From Thermoproteota archaeon (GTDB taxonomy: Archaea; Thermoproteota; EX4484-205; JAAOZP01), in contig JBNAVT010000004.1 in assembly GCA_049700215.1 (NCBI GenBank), positions 39,587 to 94,352 of the forward strand: 54,766 bases of DNA. The letters are read 5' to 3'. Position numbers and translations under genes: made by a program. The notes beneath the pieces are model-generated. The model was not told the DNA's origin. It saw only the letters and a program-made list of their open reading frames with translations, and did no database searches. Below, in pieces: positions 28,671 through 38,124 of this stretch; the stretch's first letter is position 1; each line of letters starts with the position of its first letter.

Positions 28671-30518
28671 ATGCCCCAAGTAAGGATTCAGCCCGAAGGC
28701 ATTAGGGTTCAAGCTTCTCACGGATCGAACCTATTAGCTGTGCTCAAGGAAGCAGGTGTTAACATAGAGAGTGTCTGCGGAGGACGCGGGGTTTGTAAAA
28801 AATGCGTAGTGGAGGTTGTAAGCGACGGGTTGACTGAGCCCACGTCTGCAGAGGCAGAGCTGGGAAGACTGTCTAAATCTTTCAGACTGGCCTGCCAGGC
28901 GAGAATCATAGGCGACGTTACAGTTAAAATTCCCCAGGCCTCCAGACAGGCTAGGGGCAAGATACTGGAATGGGGGCTCGTTAAGGATTTTGAGTTCTCC
29001 CCTCTAACGAGAAGCGTGAAAGTAAAGATAGACGCGCCCTCGCTCAGCGACCAGAGGTCTGATGCTGAACGCCTCATGCAGGCGGTAAATGCGAAATCGA
29101 TCGACGGCTTGCTTCTTAAAAAGCTGCCGGGCAGGCTGCGTGAATCAAAATGGGATTTTGAGACAATCGTCAATGAGGATGAAGTCCTAGACGTTAGACC
29201 ACGACACGACTGGGATTTTTACGGGGTTGCTGTCGACGTCGGCACCACTACTGTTGTCGCCTACCTCGTCAACCTGAAAACCGGGCGAGTTGCCTCCGTT
29301 AAGTCGGATTACAACGGTCAGATCGCGCATGGTGACGACGTGATATCGAGAATAACCTACGCTGTGAAAGGAAGCGAGAACCTAGAGGAGCTTCAAAGTA
29401 AAGTCGTGGCGACTATAAACAAGCTGATTCAAGACGCGGTTGACGAGGCCCGGTGCTCCCCCTCCGATGTTTACGAAGTAGCCTTCGCCGGAAACACTGT
29501 GATGACCAGCCTCCTATACGGGGCGGAGGTTTCAGCAATAGCTACGGCACCCTACGTGCCGCCCTTTAGATCCAGCCTCCGCTTCAAGGCTAGGGAGATA
29601 GGCCTTAAGGTAAACGATTCCGCAACATGCTACACTTTCCCCTTGATCAGCGGCTATGTCGGCGGAGATGTGGTTGCAGACATACTTGTTTCAGGAATGC
29701 ATAAGCAAGATGAGAAATCACTGCTTATAGACCTTGGAACCAATGGTGAAGTAGTCCTGAAAGCGGGAGACCTGATGCTCGCCAGCTCAACTGCAGCTGG
29801 ACCAGCTATCGAGGGAGCTGGCCTCTCAAACGGCATGAGAGGGATGACCGGTGCGATAGAATCGGTTTCCATCAACATGGAGACCTTCGACGTTTACTAT
29901 AAGACGATAGGCGACACGGATCCGAGAGGAATATGCGGATCCGGGGTTGTTGATGCAGTAGCGTGGATGCTTATAGCCGGAGCTTTAGACCAGAATGGGA
30001 GGATCGCCGACTTAAACACTCCAAGGATAATGAACGCCAACGGGAATAAGGCTTTCATCTTAGCAGTCAACAGTGAAGGCAGAAGAATCTGCATAACGCA
30101 GTCAGACATCAGGAGTTTTCAACTCGCAAAGGCGGCAATATTTACCGCGTGCTTGCTCCTCCTAAGGATTGCTCAAGTAAGCTTGAGCGAAATATCGAAA
30201 GTATACATTGCAGGAGCATTTGGAAACTATATTGACCCCAGATCCGCTATGATAGTCGGCATGATCCCTGAGCTTCCTTTGAGCAAGATTGTGCAGATAG
30301 GAAATGGTTCGGGCCAAGGTGCAGTAATGAGCCTTCTTTCGAGAAATGTGAGGGAGGAAGCTGAGGTTGTGGCAAGGAAGGTGAAGGCAATCGACCTAAA
30401 CACGATTCACGAGTTTCAAAAAGAATTTATTGATGCCACGCAATTCCCCCATAAAAGAATAGACATGTTTCCAAGGGTGATGAACGCTATAAGGAGGAAA
30501 ACACCTTTATTGGATTAA
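28671..30518 (+). CDS. ATP-dependent reductive activator of corrinoid proteins (RACo/RamA-type, ASKHA, N-terminal 2Fe-2S)
   Basis: CGGRGVCKKC...RLACQA, VDVGTTT, IDLGTNGE, GICGSG, AGAFG. Confidence 0.92.
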   Translation: MPQVRIQPEGIRVQASHGSNLLAVLKEAGVNIESVCGGRGVCKKCVVEVVSDGLTEPTSAEAELGRLSKSFRLACQARIIGDVTVKIPQASRQARGKILEWGLVKDFEFSPLTRSVKVKIDAPSLSDQRSDAERLMQAVNAKSIDGLLLKKLPGRLRESKWDFETIVNEDEVLDVRPRHDWDFYGVAVDVGTTTVVAYLVNLKTGRVASVKSDYNGQIAHGDDVISRITYAVKGSENLEELQSKVVATINKLIQDAVDEARCSPSDVYEVAFAGNTVMTSLLYGAEVSAIATAPYVPPFRSSLRFKAREIGLKVNDSATCYTFPLISGYVGGDVVADILVSGMHKQDEKSLLIDLGTNGEVVLKAGDLMLASSTAAGPAIEGAGLSNGMRGMTGAIESVSINMETFDVYYKTIGDTDPRGICGSGVVDAVAWMLIAGALDQNGRIADLNTPRIMNANGNKAFILAVNSEGRRICITQSDIRSFQLAKAAIFTACLLLLRIAQVSLSEISKVYIAGAFGNYIDPRSAMIVGMIPELPLSKIVQIGNGSGQGAVMSLLSRNVREEAEVVARKVKAIDLNTIHEFQKEFIDATQFPHKRIDMFPRVMNAIRRKTPLLD

Positions 30519-31885
30519 GGCCAGTAATCCCTTTCCCTAAAAGTTGGCACCTTCCCGCTGAAAAACCTACACATTTGTTCCCTGAAGGGTTCCTCATCCT
30601 CCGGGAGAGAGTTAATCACGTTTTCAACATGAGATAGAAATCGACGCTCAGGAGGGCTTAGATGCAGGCGTTGAGAATCCTTCATGAGTTCAACTATTTT
30701 TCGACACGCAGCCTTAGCTCTCCTATAGTAACAGGTATTTTCGGAAACTATCGAATTGGCTATTTCGACAGCCACATCGGGAGAAAGTACGAAAGCCTGA
30801 GGATCGTCGAATTTGTCGGATAAAACAAGAATGTCCCGGAGCTCTCGTGCTTTTCCAAGCTCTATAGCTTTATTCATAAGCTTACAGTCGTAGTGAAGTA
30901 TCTCTAGGAAAACCTGAGGCGCCGACCCTCCGAAAAGCCGAATGTTTTCAACCTGTTCATTAGACCAAAGGTCACAGGAGGCGGAAGCAATATTCCCAAT
31001 TAAGCTTGAGTGTGCACATGCACTGGTCTTACCTTCCATCGCCATCGGAAAACCAGTTATAGCCTTAATAATCACATTCTCGTAGCCGCAATCCTTCCCG
31101 GGGCCCGTTGCTCCCTCCTCGTAGGCGACCAGCGACCTGCATGCTGAAACTGCCCTCACGATTGCGGCAAGCGTATGAGGCAACGAAGTTGATTGGACTC
31201 CACCCGCAAGCTTCATTGCAGTGTTTGCAGTTGCACAAGCAGTGTCACCGCCTGCTATACAACCGTTTCTCTTAGCGATGTTAACGATATCCTTCCAAAG
31301 AGGTTTCATATCAAGGGAACCCAGTAGACCCACTGAAAAAAGTATTCCCTTGACATCCTGCCTAATGACACTGTGATTAAAAACATCCTTACCCCCTTCT
31401 GACTCTATCGAGAGAACATCGGCACCGTTAGAGGAGACGGCCTCAAATGTCTCCATTATAAGATCATGGTTTGAAGTCGACCTTAGGCCCTCTCGGAAAT
31501 CCCTTATGTCTGCGACAGTAATCCTTAGACCGGTTTTTAAACCATGCTCGCCAAAGTATTTCTCCATAAGTGATTTCTGAAGGTTTGTTATTTCCGCTGC
31601 AAGCTTAGGTTTGCTCGTCTCCATGAAGGTCAGCTCGGTCTCTATCTGGAGTGACGTAACGCCGAGTTCAACAGCCCTATCGAGAATCTCTCTTGTTATC
31701 GTTTGCATTTCCACTTTAAACCCGGTAGGATCCTTATCAGACAGAGTCCTGGGGAAAAATTTCACTTCAGGAATTACTTCACCCTGCCCAACTTTGAGCC
31801 CGAAGCCATAGTTCAAAGGATGCTTAGCCAAACCGAAGACTAGTTCCGAAGGGTCATTCACCTCTAGGCTACTGAACGAGGGCAT
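30515..31885 (-). CDS. mtaB: Methanol:corrinoid methyltransferase MtaB family
   Basis: SIESEGGK, GDTAC.ANTA, GPGKDCGYEN, MEGKTSACAHS, WSNE, DPQA; the Glu/Cys/Cys zinc ligands appear retained; 4-nt convergent overlap with the activator gene. Confidence 0.92.
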   Translation of the reverse strand: MPSFSSLEVNDPSELVFGLAKHPLNYGFGLKVGQGEVIPEVKFFPRTLSDKDPTGFKVEMQTITREILDRAVELGVTSLQIETELTFMETSKPKLAAEITNLQKSLMEKYFGEHGLKTGLRITVADIRDFREGLRSTSNHDLIMETFEAVSSNGADVLSIESEGGKDVFNHSVIRQDVKGILFSVGLLGSLDMKPLWKDIVNIAKRNGCIAGGDTACATANTAMKLAGGVQSTSLPHTLAAIVRAVSACRSLVAYEEGATGPGKDCGYENVIIKAITGFPMAMEGKTSACAHSSLIGNIASASCDLWSNEQVENIRLFGGSAPQVFLEILHYDCKLMNKAIELGKARELRDILVLSDKFDDPQAFVLSPDVAVEIANSIVSENTCYYRRAKAACRKIVELMKDSQRLHLSPPERRFLSHVENVINSLPEDEEPFREQMCRFFSGKVPTFRERDYWP

Positions 31886-32093
31886 TTTCCAACCGAACGA
31901 TTTATGGCCTTTTTAAATCTTGCGGAGAAGGCTTACTAACTTTCCCCACGCACTATAAGAGACTCTGAAGAAGGAAAGAATTTTAAACCATTTTGCTTCC
32001 CGGTCCACGATATTTGAAGCCGAGCACACGCTTAGCGTATAACAATAGAAACCTCTATGATAACCATAAGCTCCATTTAGAATATTGTTTTAC

Positions 32094-32543
32094 TCAAACA
32101 TTGTCTTCTAGAGAGAAGACGATCCTTCCTCGCTTTCTCGATCTAAAGATTCTCTCTCTTTCATCATAGAAAATTCCATGTTTTTCCGCCTCATCGAGAA
32201 TTTTCTTAAAGATGTCCCTCACATTCGCAACATCATAGGCGAAGATGGCATCCCTAACCATGTTCAGCGTCTGCCAGCTTGGAACTTTTCTCAAACTCCT
32301 TATATCGTACACGAGAACTGTTGTATCTCTTCCAAATTTTCCCCTCAGCTTGCTAAATGCATAATAAAACTTATCCTGCTCCTTAATTTCCAGCTCTTTC
32401 TCAGTAATGATAAAGATGTCGATGTCGCTTCTCTCATTAAAATCCCCCCTTGCTAAGGAGCCAAATAGCCCAGCAGCTAAAACATCTTTCTTCCCTAAAT
32501 CCTCTAAAATCCTTTTTATTTCGCTTAATATCTTTTCAATCAT
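32094..32543 (-). CDS. Minimal nucleotidyltransferase (MNT antitoxin)
   Basis: LFGSLARGD...SDIDI; ATGA overlap with the HEPN stop. Confidence 0.9.
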   Translation of the reverse strand: MIEKILSEIKRILEDLGKKDVLAAGLFGSLARGDFNERSDIDIFIITEKELEIKEQDKFYYAFSKLRGKFGRDTTVLVYDIRSLRKVPSWQTLNMVRDAIFAYDVANVRDIFKKILDEAEKHGIFYDERERIFRSRKRGRIVFSLEDNV

Positions 32544-32962
32544 CTCCAAAACCTCTCGATGAATTCCCTTGCTTCCTTTACGGATTCCTCTGCCTTTCTA
32601 AGCAATTGCACAGCATCCTCCTCCCTGCACAACTCTGAAGGGCTCATCCACAGCCCATTCTTCAACCCTCCGTATGTTGAACGGCCATGCCATGGCGCTG
32701 CCTCCTTAGCATAAGTTGCAATCTTTAACATTTCCTCCTCCAGAAGCCCCCTCCTGACCAGCTTCGTCAGCTGCTCAGATGGATCATGAGTCCATTCATA
32801 GGCTTCAAAACATGAAACTATAGCTTTTGCAGATTTTTCGATTGCCAGCTGTGAATAATGAATGACTGTAACCCAGTCATCAAACTCCTTATATCTCTCA
32901 GCCCTTTCAAAGTCCTCCTCTGCCTCTCTCAGCAGCCTCAATGATTCCTCCTTGTTGTCCAT
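32540..32962 (-). CDS. HEPN-domain protein (HEPN-MNT toxin-antitoxin)
   Basis: A.EDF..A, SQLAIEKSAKA, THD, RSTY, EDA...L..AEE; SD GGTGAG before ATG 32962. Confidence 0.9.
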   Translation of the reverse strand: MDNKEESLRLLREAEEDFERAERYKEFDDWVTVIHYSQLAIEKSAKAIVSCFEAYEWTHDPSEQLTKLVRRGLLEEEMLKIATYAKEAAPWHGRSTYGGLKNGLWMSPSELCREEDAVQLLRKAEESVKEAREFIERFWR

Positions 32963-33254
32963 GGATCTCACCTTTTTAGTAAACCTTTAAGAGTTAAATC
33001 CTTTATAAGCTTTTTATCAAATCGGATTGCCATTTCTTTCTTCTACTTATAACAGTAAGTTTTTCCTTAGCTTTTAAGAAACAGGAAATATTTCTTTATT
33101 CCAATTTTTTAAACCCCAGCTCTCTTCCTTCGTCCATGGAGCTGAACGATAGCAATTTTTGCCTCTACCACTAAACTTCCTTCCAGCGTGCTAGGCCAGA
33201 TTTTTAAGCCTTTAGTCGAAACCGACATTCACCTGCCTAAAGACAAGACGCACT

Positions 33255-33383
33255 CTAAAAACCGGATGTTTTCAGCTCAGCCCAATGGCCAGACCCCCTA
33301 GGATCCATAATGCGTACATCCAATGGCTCCTCTAAATTGTCGCCGATTTCGTCGATGAACAGGTTCTTGCCCTCCGATACTTC
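33255..33383 (-). pseudogene. Start-less gene fragment with a Walker-B-like motif (possible AAA+ ATPase remnant)
   Basis: EVSEGKNLFIDEIGD begins right after the A(GC)5T junction. Confidence 0.35.
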
Positions 33384-33395
33384 AGCGCGCGCGCT
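33384..33395. repeat. A(GC)5T palindrome (putative junction scar)
   Basis: Exact AGCGCGCGCGCT between two unrelated coding fragments. Confidence 0.85.
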
Positions 33396-33616
33396 AAAGG
33401 CCTCCTTGTTCTCCTTCATGAACTGGGCGGCGATCATGTGGCCGGCGACAGCCTCGTCATACCTCAGGCTAATCCCGCTGAGGCTGCGTATTACTCCGAC
33501 AGCATCCCCGTATTCCCTCAGGCTCTGGGTTGGCACCCATCTCACGGTTTCACCAGCCTCATCCGTCGTTTTAGCGAAGGAATATTTGTCGCCAGTGATG
33601 CTTTCTAAGGCTTCTT
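33396..33616 (-). pseudogene. Internal fragment of an unknown gene bounded by two A(GC)nT motifs
   Basis: Open frame EALESITGDK...QFMKENKEAF spans the whole insert, with no native-looking start or stop. Confidence 0.5.
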
Positions 33617-33626
33617 AGCGCGCGCT
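33617..33626. repeat. A(GC)4T palindrome (putative junction scar)
   Basis: Exact AGCGCGCGCT; reading frame changes across it. Confidence 0.85.
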
Positions 33627-33827
33627 GGCGTAAACAGCCTCGTAGAATCTCAAAGGAGAATTGAAAGACTACCTCAATATCGCTTACCGTTTTGGTCTTT
33701 TTAGCGCACGCATCCACGTAGAGAATGTTGCCGTTTACTGAAACAGGTGCCTCAGTCACAAAACCATAGCCACGCTCATGCAGTATTCTCCCTATTAAAG
33801 CCTTGACTATGAAGTGCTTAACAGACT
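33627..33827 (-). pseudogene. Fragment of a PD-(D/E)XK-like nuclease gene bounded by GC-repeat motifs
   Basis: Open frame ESVKHFIVKALIGRILHERGYGFVTEAPV...YVDACAKK...DIEV (H..K/G..TE/D/E pattern) spans the insert. Confidence 0.5.
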
Positions 33828-33835
33828 CGCGCGCT
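33828..33835. repeat. CGCGCGCT partial A(GC)nT motif
   Basis: Outer boundary of the fragment series. Confidence 0.65.
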
Positions 33836-33957
33836 CGGCGATTACATTATTCTGTCTTAAACAGGCATTTAAGTATATAAACTTTCCATAAAACGAAAAG
33901 ACAATAGGTCAAGGGGAAGAGAGTAAGCCCGAAGGCATTACATTCAGGACCGCATGC

Positions 33958-34605
33958 TTATTTCTTGCCTACCCAAGCCTTGCAAATGTCGACTCCAACC
34001 ACAGCATCCTTCCCATAGCCATCGGCACCTATCCTCTTAGCATAGTCCTCCGTTATCGGAGCCCCGCCTATTATTACTTTAACCTTGTCCCGCAAGCCAG
34101 CTTTCCTAAGCTCGTTTATCACATTCTCCATCTCAACCATTGTGACAGTTAGAAGCGCCGACATGCCAACTATATCAGGCTTATGATTCCTGACAGCCTC
34201 CACAAATGCTTCAGCCGGAACATCGTTACCCAGGTCTATGACTTCGAAGCCAGCAGCCTCCATCATCATCCCGAAAATATTCTTCCCAATATCATGCAGG
34301 TCGCCTTTGACCGTACCTATTACAACCTTGCCTATCTTTTTGATCTCTGAGCCCTTCATATATGGCTGTAGCATTTGGGATATTTCTTTGCCTATTTCGC
34401 CTGCCACTATTAACTCTGACAGGAAGTATTCCGAAGCCTCGAACTTTTTCCCAACCTCCTCCATGGCAGAGCTTATCGCTTTAGTTATTATCTCATTAGG
34501 CGGTATTCCTTTCGAAACGGCTTCTTCCGCCAAGCGTTTAGAGCCGTCGAAATCCAGGTTAACTATAGCATCCTTAAGCCTCGTAAGCAGACTTACCTCA
34601 GACAT
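33958..34605 (-). CDS. mtaC: Corrinoid (cobalamin-binding) protein, MtaC/MttC family
   Basis: Cap domain MEEVGKKFE..EYFLSEL, GTVKGDLHDIGKN, SALLT, IGGAP, IGADGY. Confidence 0.9.
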   Translation of the reverse strand: MSEVSLLTRLKDAIVNLDFDGSKRLAEEAVSKGIPPNEIITKAISSAMEEVGKKFEASEYFLSELIVAGEIGKEISQMLQPYMKGSEIKKIGKVVIGTVKGDLHDIGKNIFGMMMEAAGFEVIDLGNDVPAEAFVEAVRNHKPDIVGMSALLTVTMVEMENVINELRKAGLRDKVKVIIGGAPITEDYAKRIGADGYGKDAVVGVDICKAWVGKK

Positions 34606-34743
34606 GTTTCTTCAAGGCTGGCATAAGCTTCTTATTGATAAATCTTTCGCTTCACGGAGCGCGTGCTCTCCTAATCTTCGAAAAATGTAAGATTTTTATA
34701 CTTGTTTGAAACTCCCCCGAAGCGGTGTAAGAGGTTGGAAAAA

Positions 34744-35877
34744 ATGAATATTTCTTTAATCGGTTGCGGAGGCATGATGGGGGCTCATGTAAACGGGCTT
34801 AGACAGTTGTACTCAAGGGGGCTGAGGATTTTTGAAGTGAAAGCTGTTTGCGACGTTAAGGAGCCTCTTGCAAAGGAGAAGGCGAAGCTGGTCGCCCAGT
34901 TTCAAGACTCGGAGCCAAGGGTTTACACGGATTTTGAAAAAATGCTGGAGAGTGAAAGCCTTGATGCTGTAGACATAGCTCTCCCCCACAACTTGCATCA
35001 CACGGTGGCAGCCGTCTGCCTCGAAGAAGGATTGGACGTAATCATAGAGAAGCCTTTAGGAATAACCATGAGGGCAGCGAAGATAATCCTTGAGAAGGCT
35101 AGGAAGAACAATAGAATACTGGCTGTTGCCGAGAACTATAGGCGGAGCCCTGAGAACAGGGCGATTCGCTGGGCTGTGGAACAAGGCTTTATAGGCGAGC
35201 CTAGAATGATCGTCTGGTCCTCGGCAGGCTGGAGCCCTGGAGCCTGGGGTTGGAGAGAGGACAAGTATTCTGCGGGGGGAAGCTGGGTTTTCGACGGCGG
35301 AGTCCACCTAGCGGATTTAGACAGGTATCAGCTTAGGAGAGAAGCGGTGGAAGTATATGCTGTCCAAAAAACCTTCGACCCGTTTAGGGGAGGGGTTAAA
35401 GTAACTGTTGACGATATGACGATGGCTATAATTGTTTACGAGGGGGAGGTCTATGCGCAGTGGCTCTGGACGAGGTCGGCTCCCGGGGAGGCTATAAACC
35501 TTAGAGTCATATATGGTTCCAAGGGTTCAGTGGGCAACAATGGCCTTTTTATCCAGAAGGAGAGACTATTGGAAACACGGAACATGGGCACGCTAGTGGC
35601 AATAATGCTTGAAAGCCTCACCCCGGAGGAAAAAGGGAAGTGGTTCCCTATGGATATTACTGACACGGTTGCTACGGAGCTCTACGATTTTCACGACTCC
35701 GTTACGAATCGCCGCGTCCCGGAGGTTGACGGCGTTGAGGCCTATAGAGATATGGCGATACCCTTAGGCTTCTACGAGTCGGCGCTTCTTAAAAAACCAG
35801 TTAGCGTCAGGGACGTTGAGGAACTCAGGGTTGAAGAATACCAGAAAGAGATAAACGAGAAGCTTGGAATATCCTAG
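34744..35877 (+). CDS. Gfo/Idh/MocA-family NAD(P) oxidoreductase
   Basis: IGCGG, DAVDIALPHNLH, IEKP, DGGVH.D. Confidence 0.9.
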   Translation: MNISLIGCGGMMGAHVNGLRQLYSRGLRIFEVKAVCDVKEPLAKEKAKLVAQFQDSEPRVYTDFEKMLESESLDAVDIALPHNLHHTVAAVCLEEGLDVIIEKPLGITMRAAKIILEKARKNNRILAVAENYRRSPENRAIRWAVEQGFIGEPRMIVWSSAGWSPGAWGWREDKYSAGGSWVFDGGVHLADLDRYQLRREAVEVYAVQKTFDPFRGGVKVTVDDMTMAIIVYEGEVYAQWLWTRSAPGEAINLRVIYGSKGSVGNNGLFIQKERLLETRNMGTLVAIMLESLTPEEKGKWFPMDITDTVATELYDFHDSVTNRRVPEVDGVEAYRDMAIPLGFYESALLKKPVSVRDVEELRVEEYQKEINEKLGIS

Positions 35878-35990
35878 ACATTGTTTCGACGGCGACTAGC
35901 GCCTAGAGTTAGGCTGGTTGCTGTGAAACGCGTAATTACGGCTAGAAAATGTTTAATACAGCCTGCTGTCCGTCCCTTGTGATGGGCACG

Positions 35991-36917
35991 ATGCAGGCTC
36001 AGAACCCTTTGAGAAAATACTGCCTGATCCCGGCGACCCTGACTCCTATGAAAGCGGATTTCGAGGTTGACTATGAACAGCTTGAGGATTACGTGAGATG
36101 GCTGGTTAAACATGGTATTGGAGGGGTTGCAGTCAACGTTGACACGGGTGAGGGACCCCACCTCTACCCTGAGGAACGCGCCAGCATTCTGAGAGTCTTC
36201 TCCAGAATCGTAGCTGGGAGAATACCTATAATCGCAGGGCTACATGCTCGAAACACTATGGAGGCTGTTAGGCTCGGCTTGCAGGCCAAGGAGGCGGGTG
36301 CAGACGGGTTGCTTGTTTTCCCGCATCCAGCCTTAGTAGGCGAGCCGAACAATCATGTGGTATACAACTACCACTCCGAGATATCCGAGAAAGTTGGTTT
36401 ACCAATGATCCTGTTTCAACTGCAGCCAGCGCTAGGCGGCGTAGACTTCAAGCCTGAGACATTGTTAAGACTAGCCAGTATTAGGAGCGTTATAGCGATT
36501 AAGGAGGCTTCTTTCGACGCTAGGAAATTCGTCAACGTTGTTCACACTTTGAAGAAAGCCGATAGGAAGATAATGGTCCTCACCGGGAATGATAACTTCA
36601 TATACGAGTCGCTGGTGCTTGGCGCTGAAGGCGGGCTACTGGGTTTCGGGACGATAGCTGTAGAACAGCAGGTTGAAATGTTCAAGCTGGTTGCTGAGGG
36701 CAGGCTGAGCGAGGCCAGGGAAATATGGGAGGAGCTGCTACCCTTGGAGGAGGCTGTTTTCGCTCAGCCGGTTAGAGACTACAGGGCGCGTCTCAAAGAG
36801 GCTCTTGTAATGATGGGGGTATTGAAAACCTCGCACGTTAGACCACCGTTGCAGCCGGTGTCGAGTGAGGAGAAGGAAGCCATAAGGAAGGCTTTGAAAA
36901 GCCTGAGGCTATTGTAG
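35991..36917 (+). CDS. DapA/NanA-family (class I aldolase/dehydratase fold) protein
   Basis: TPM...EVDY, DTGE, AGADG, Schiff-base Lys in AIKEAS, TGND, VRPPL; start could be 35982. Confidence 0.85.
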   Translation: MQAQNPLRKYCLIPATLTPMKADFEVDYEQLEDYVRWLVKHGIGGVAVNVDTGEGPHLYPEERASILRVFSRIVAGRIPIIAGLHARNTMEAVRLGLQAKEAGADGLLVFPHPALVGEPNNHVVYNYHSEISEKVGLPMILFQLQPALGGVDFKPETLLRLASIRSVIAIKEASFDARKFVNVVHTLKKADRKIMVLTGNDNFIYESLVLGAEGGLLGFGTIAVEQQVEMFKLVAEGRLSEAREIWEELLPLEEAVFAQPVRDYRARLKEALVMMGVLKTSHVRPPLQPVSSEEKEAIRKALKSLRLL

Positions 36918-36921
36918 GGAA

Positions 36922-38124
36922 ATGGCTGGAATAGACCTGTCAGTCAATATAGCCGGCGTAGAGTTTAGGAACCCTCTGATCGTTGCCTCAGGACCCCCCA
37001 CGCTTTCCTCAGAACACATTTTAAAGTGCATAAGAGCCGGCGCCGCGGGAGCCGTTACAAAAACCATAACGTACGACGTAACCCAGCAGGTTCAGCCGAA
37101 GCCGAGGATGCTCGTGGTAAACCCGGAGGATGCTCTCAGAAACAGGTTTTACTCTTTCTACTCTATAGACTTGATGTCAGAGTATAAGCCTGAACTCTGG
37201 CTTAAGCAAATCAGGGAAGCCAAGAATGAGAGCAAGGCTTACAGTGGTGTCGTAATAGCGAGCATCGCTGGCAGAACATTTGAAGAATGGGAGAAGCTGG
37301 CTAGGCTTGTTGAGGAAGCGGGTGCAGACATGGTTGAGCTCAACTTTTCATGCCCTCATTTAGAAAAGGGTGAGCTAATGGGGAGAGCCATATCCTCCAG
37401 ACCGGAGAAAGTTTCAGAAGTAGTCAAGACTGTTAGGCGAGCCACGTCGCTCCCGATAATAGGCAAGTTAACACCACAGGGTGCGAACCCTGTTGAGCTA
37501 GCTAAGACCATGGTTTCCTCAGGGGTGAACGCTCTTGTTTCAACAGCCAGGTTTCAAGGCTTAATCGTCGACACGGAGACGATGCAGCCAGTCTCCTGGG
37601 GCGGCTTCGGAGGCTACGGGGGGCCTTGGCAAACACCCATCAGCGTCAGCTGGACCGCGCACATAGCGATGGAGAAACTGGGCGTGCCCATAATAGGCTC
37701 CGGCGGAGTCTCAAAGTGGGAGGACGCTGTACAGTTTATTCTCGTAGGCGCTTCAGCAGTCCAAGTCTGCACCGCGATCATGATAAACGGGTTGAAGATT
37801 ATTCCGGAAATACTAGGCGGCGTCGAGAAGTGGATGGTTAACAAAGGGTTTCAGAGCATAGCTGATTTCTCAGGGATTTCTCTCGGTAAAATCGTGTCCT
37901 TAGAGAAGCTTGAGAGGAGAAAACGCTTCCACGTACTTATAGACGTTGAGAAATGCGTGAAGTGCGGCGTCTGCATCAGGGTCTGCCCCTACAATGCTTT
38001 AAACGCTGAAAACGCTGCGAGCACCCCAACACTGGACCAGGAGAAATGCGGCAACTGCGGCCTATGCGTATCCATATGCCCGAGAAGAGCAATACGCTTC
38101 GAGAAGGAGTTTGATCCCGGATGA
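36922..38124 (+). CDS. PreA/DHOD-like FMN oxidoreductase with C-terminal 2x[4Fe-4S] domain
   Basis: NPLIVASGP, AVTKT, ELNFSCPH, KLTP, IIGSGGV, VQVCTA; CVKCGVC..VCP and CGNCGLC..ICP. Confidence 0.85.
   Translation: MAGIDLSVNIAGVEFRNPLIVASGPPTLSSEHILKCIRAGAAGAVTKTITYDVTQQVQPKPRMLVVNPEDALRNRFYSFYSIDLMSEYKPELWLKQIREAKNESKAYSGVVIASIAGRTFEEWEKLARLVEEAGADMVELNFSCPHLEKGELMGRAISSRPEKVSEVVKTVRRATSLPIIGKLTPQGANPVELAKTMVSSGVNALVSTARFQGLIVDTETMQPVSWGGFGGYGGPWQTPISVSWTAHIAMEKLGVPIIGSGGVSKWEDAVQFILVGASAVQVCTAIMINGLKIIPEILGGVEKWMVNKGFQSIADFSGISLGKIVSLEKLERRKRFHVLIDVEKCVKCGVCIRVCPYNALNAENAASTPTLDQEKCGNCGLCVSICPRRAIRFEKEFDPG

Noticed and set aside
33255-33545. 96-aa ORF as a genuine gene
   Set aside because: It reads through the A(GC)5T junction and appears to be a chance in-frame fusion of two fragments
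33185-33835. CRISPR array interpretation of the fragment series
   Set aside because: Repeats are only 8-12 bp and variable, inserts are about 200 bp, and no cas genes or leader are present
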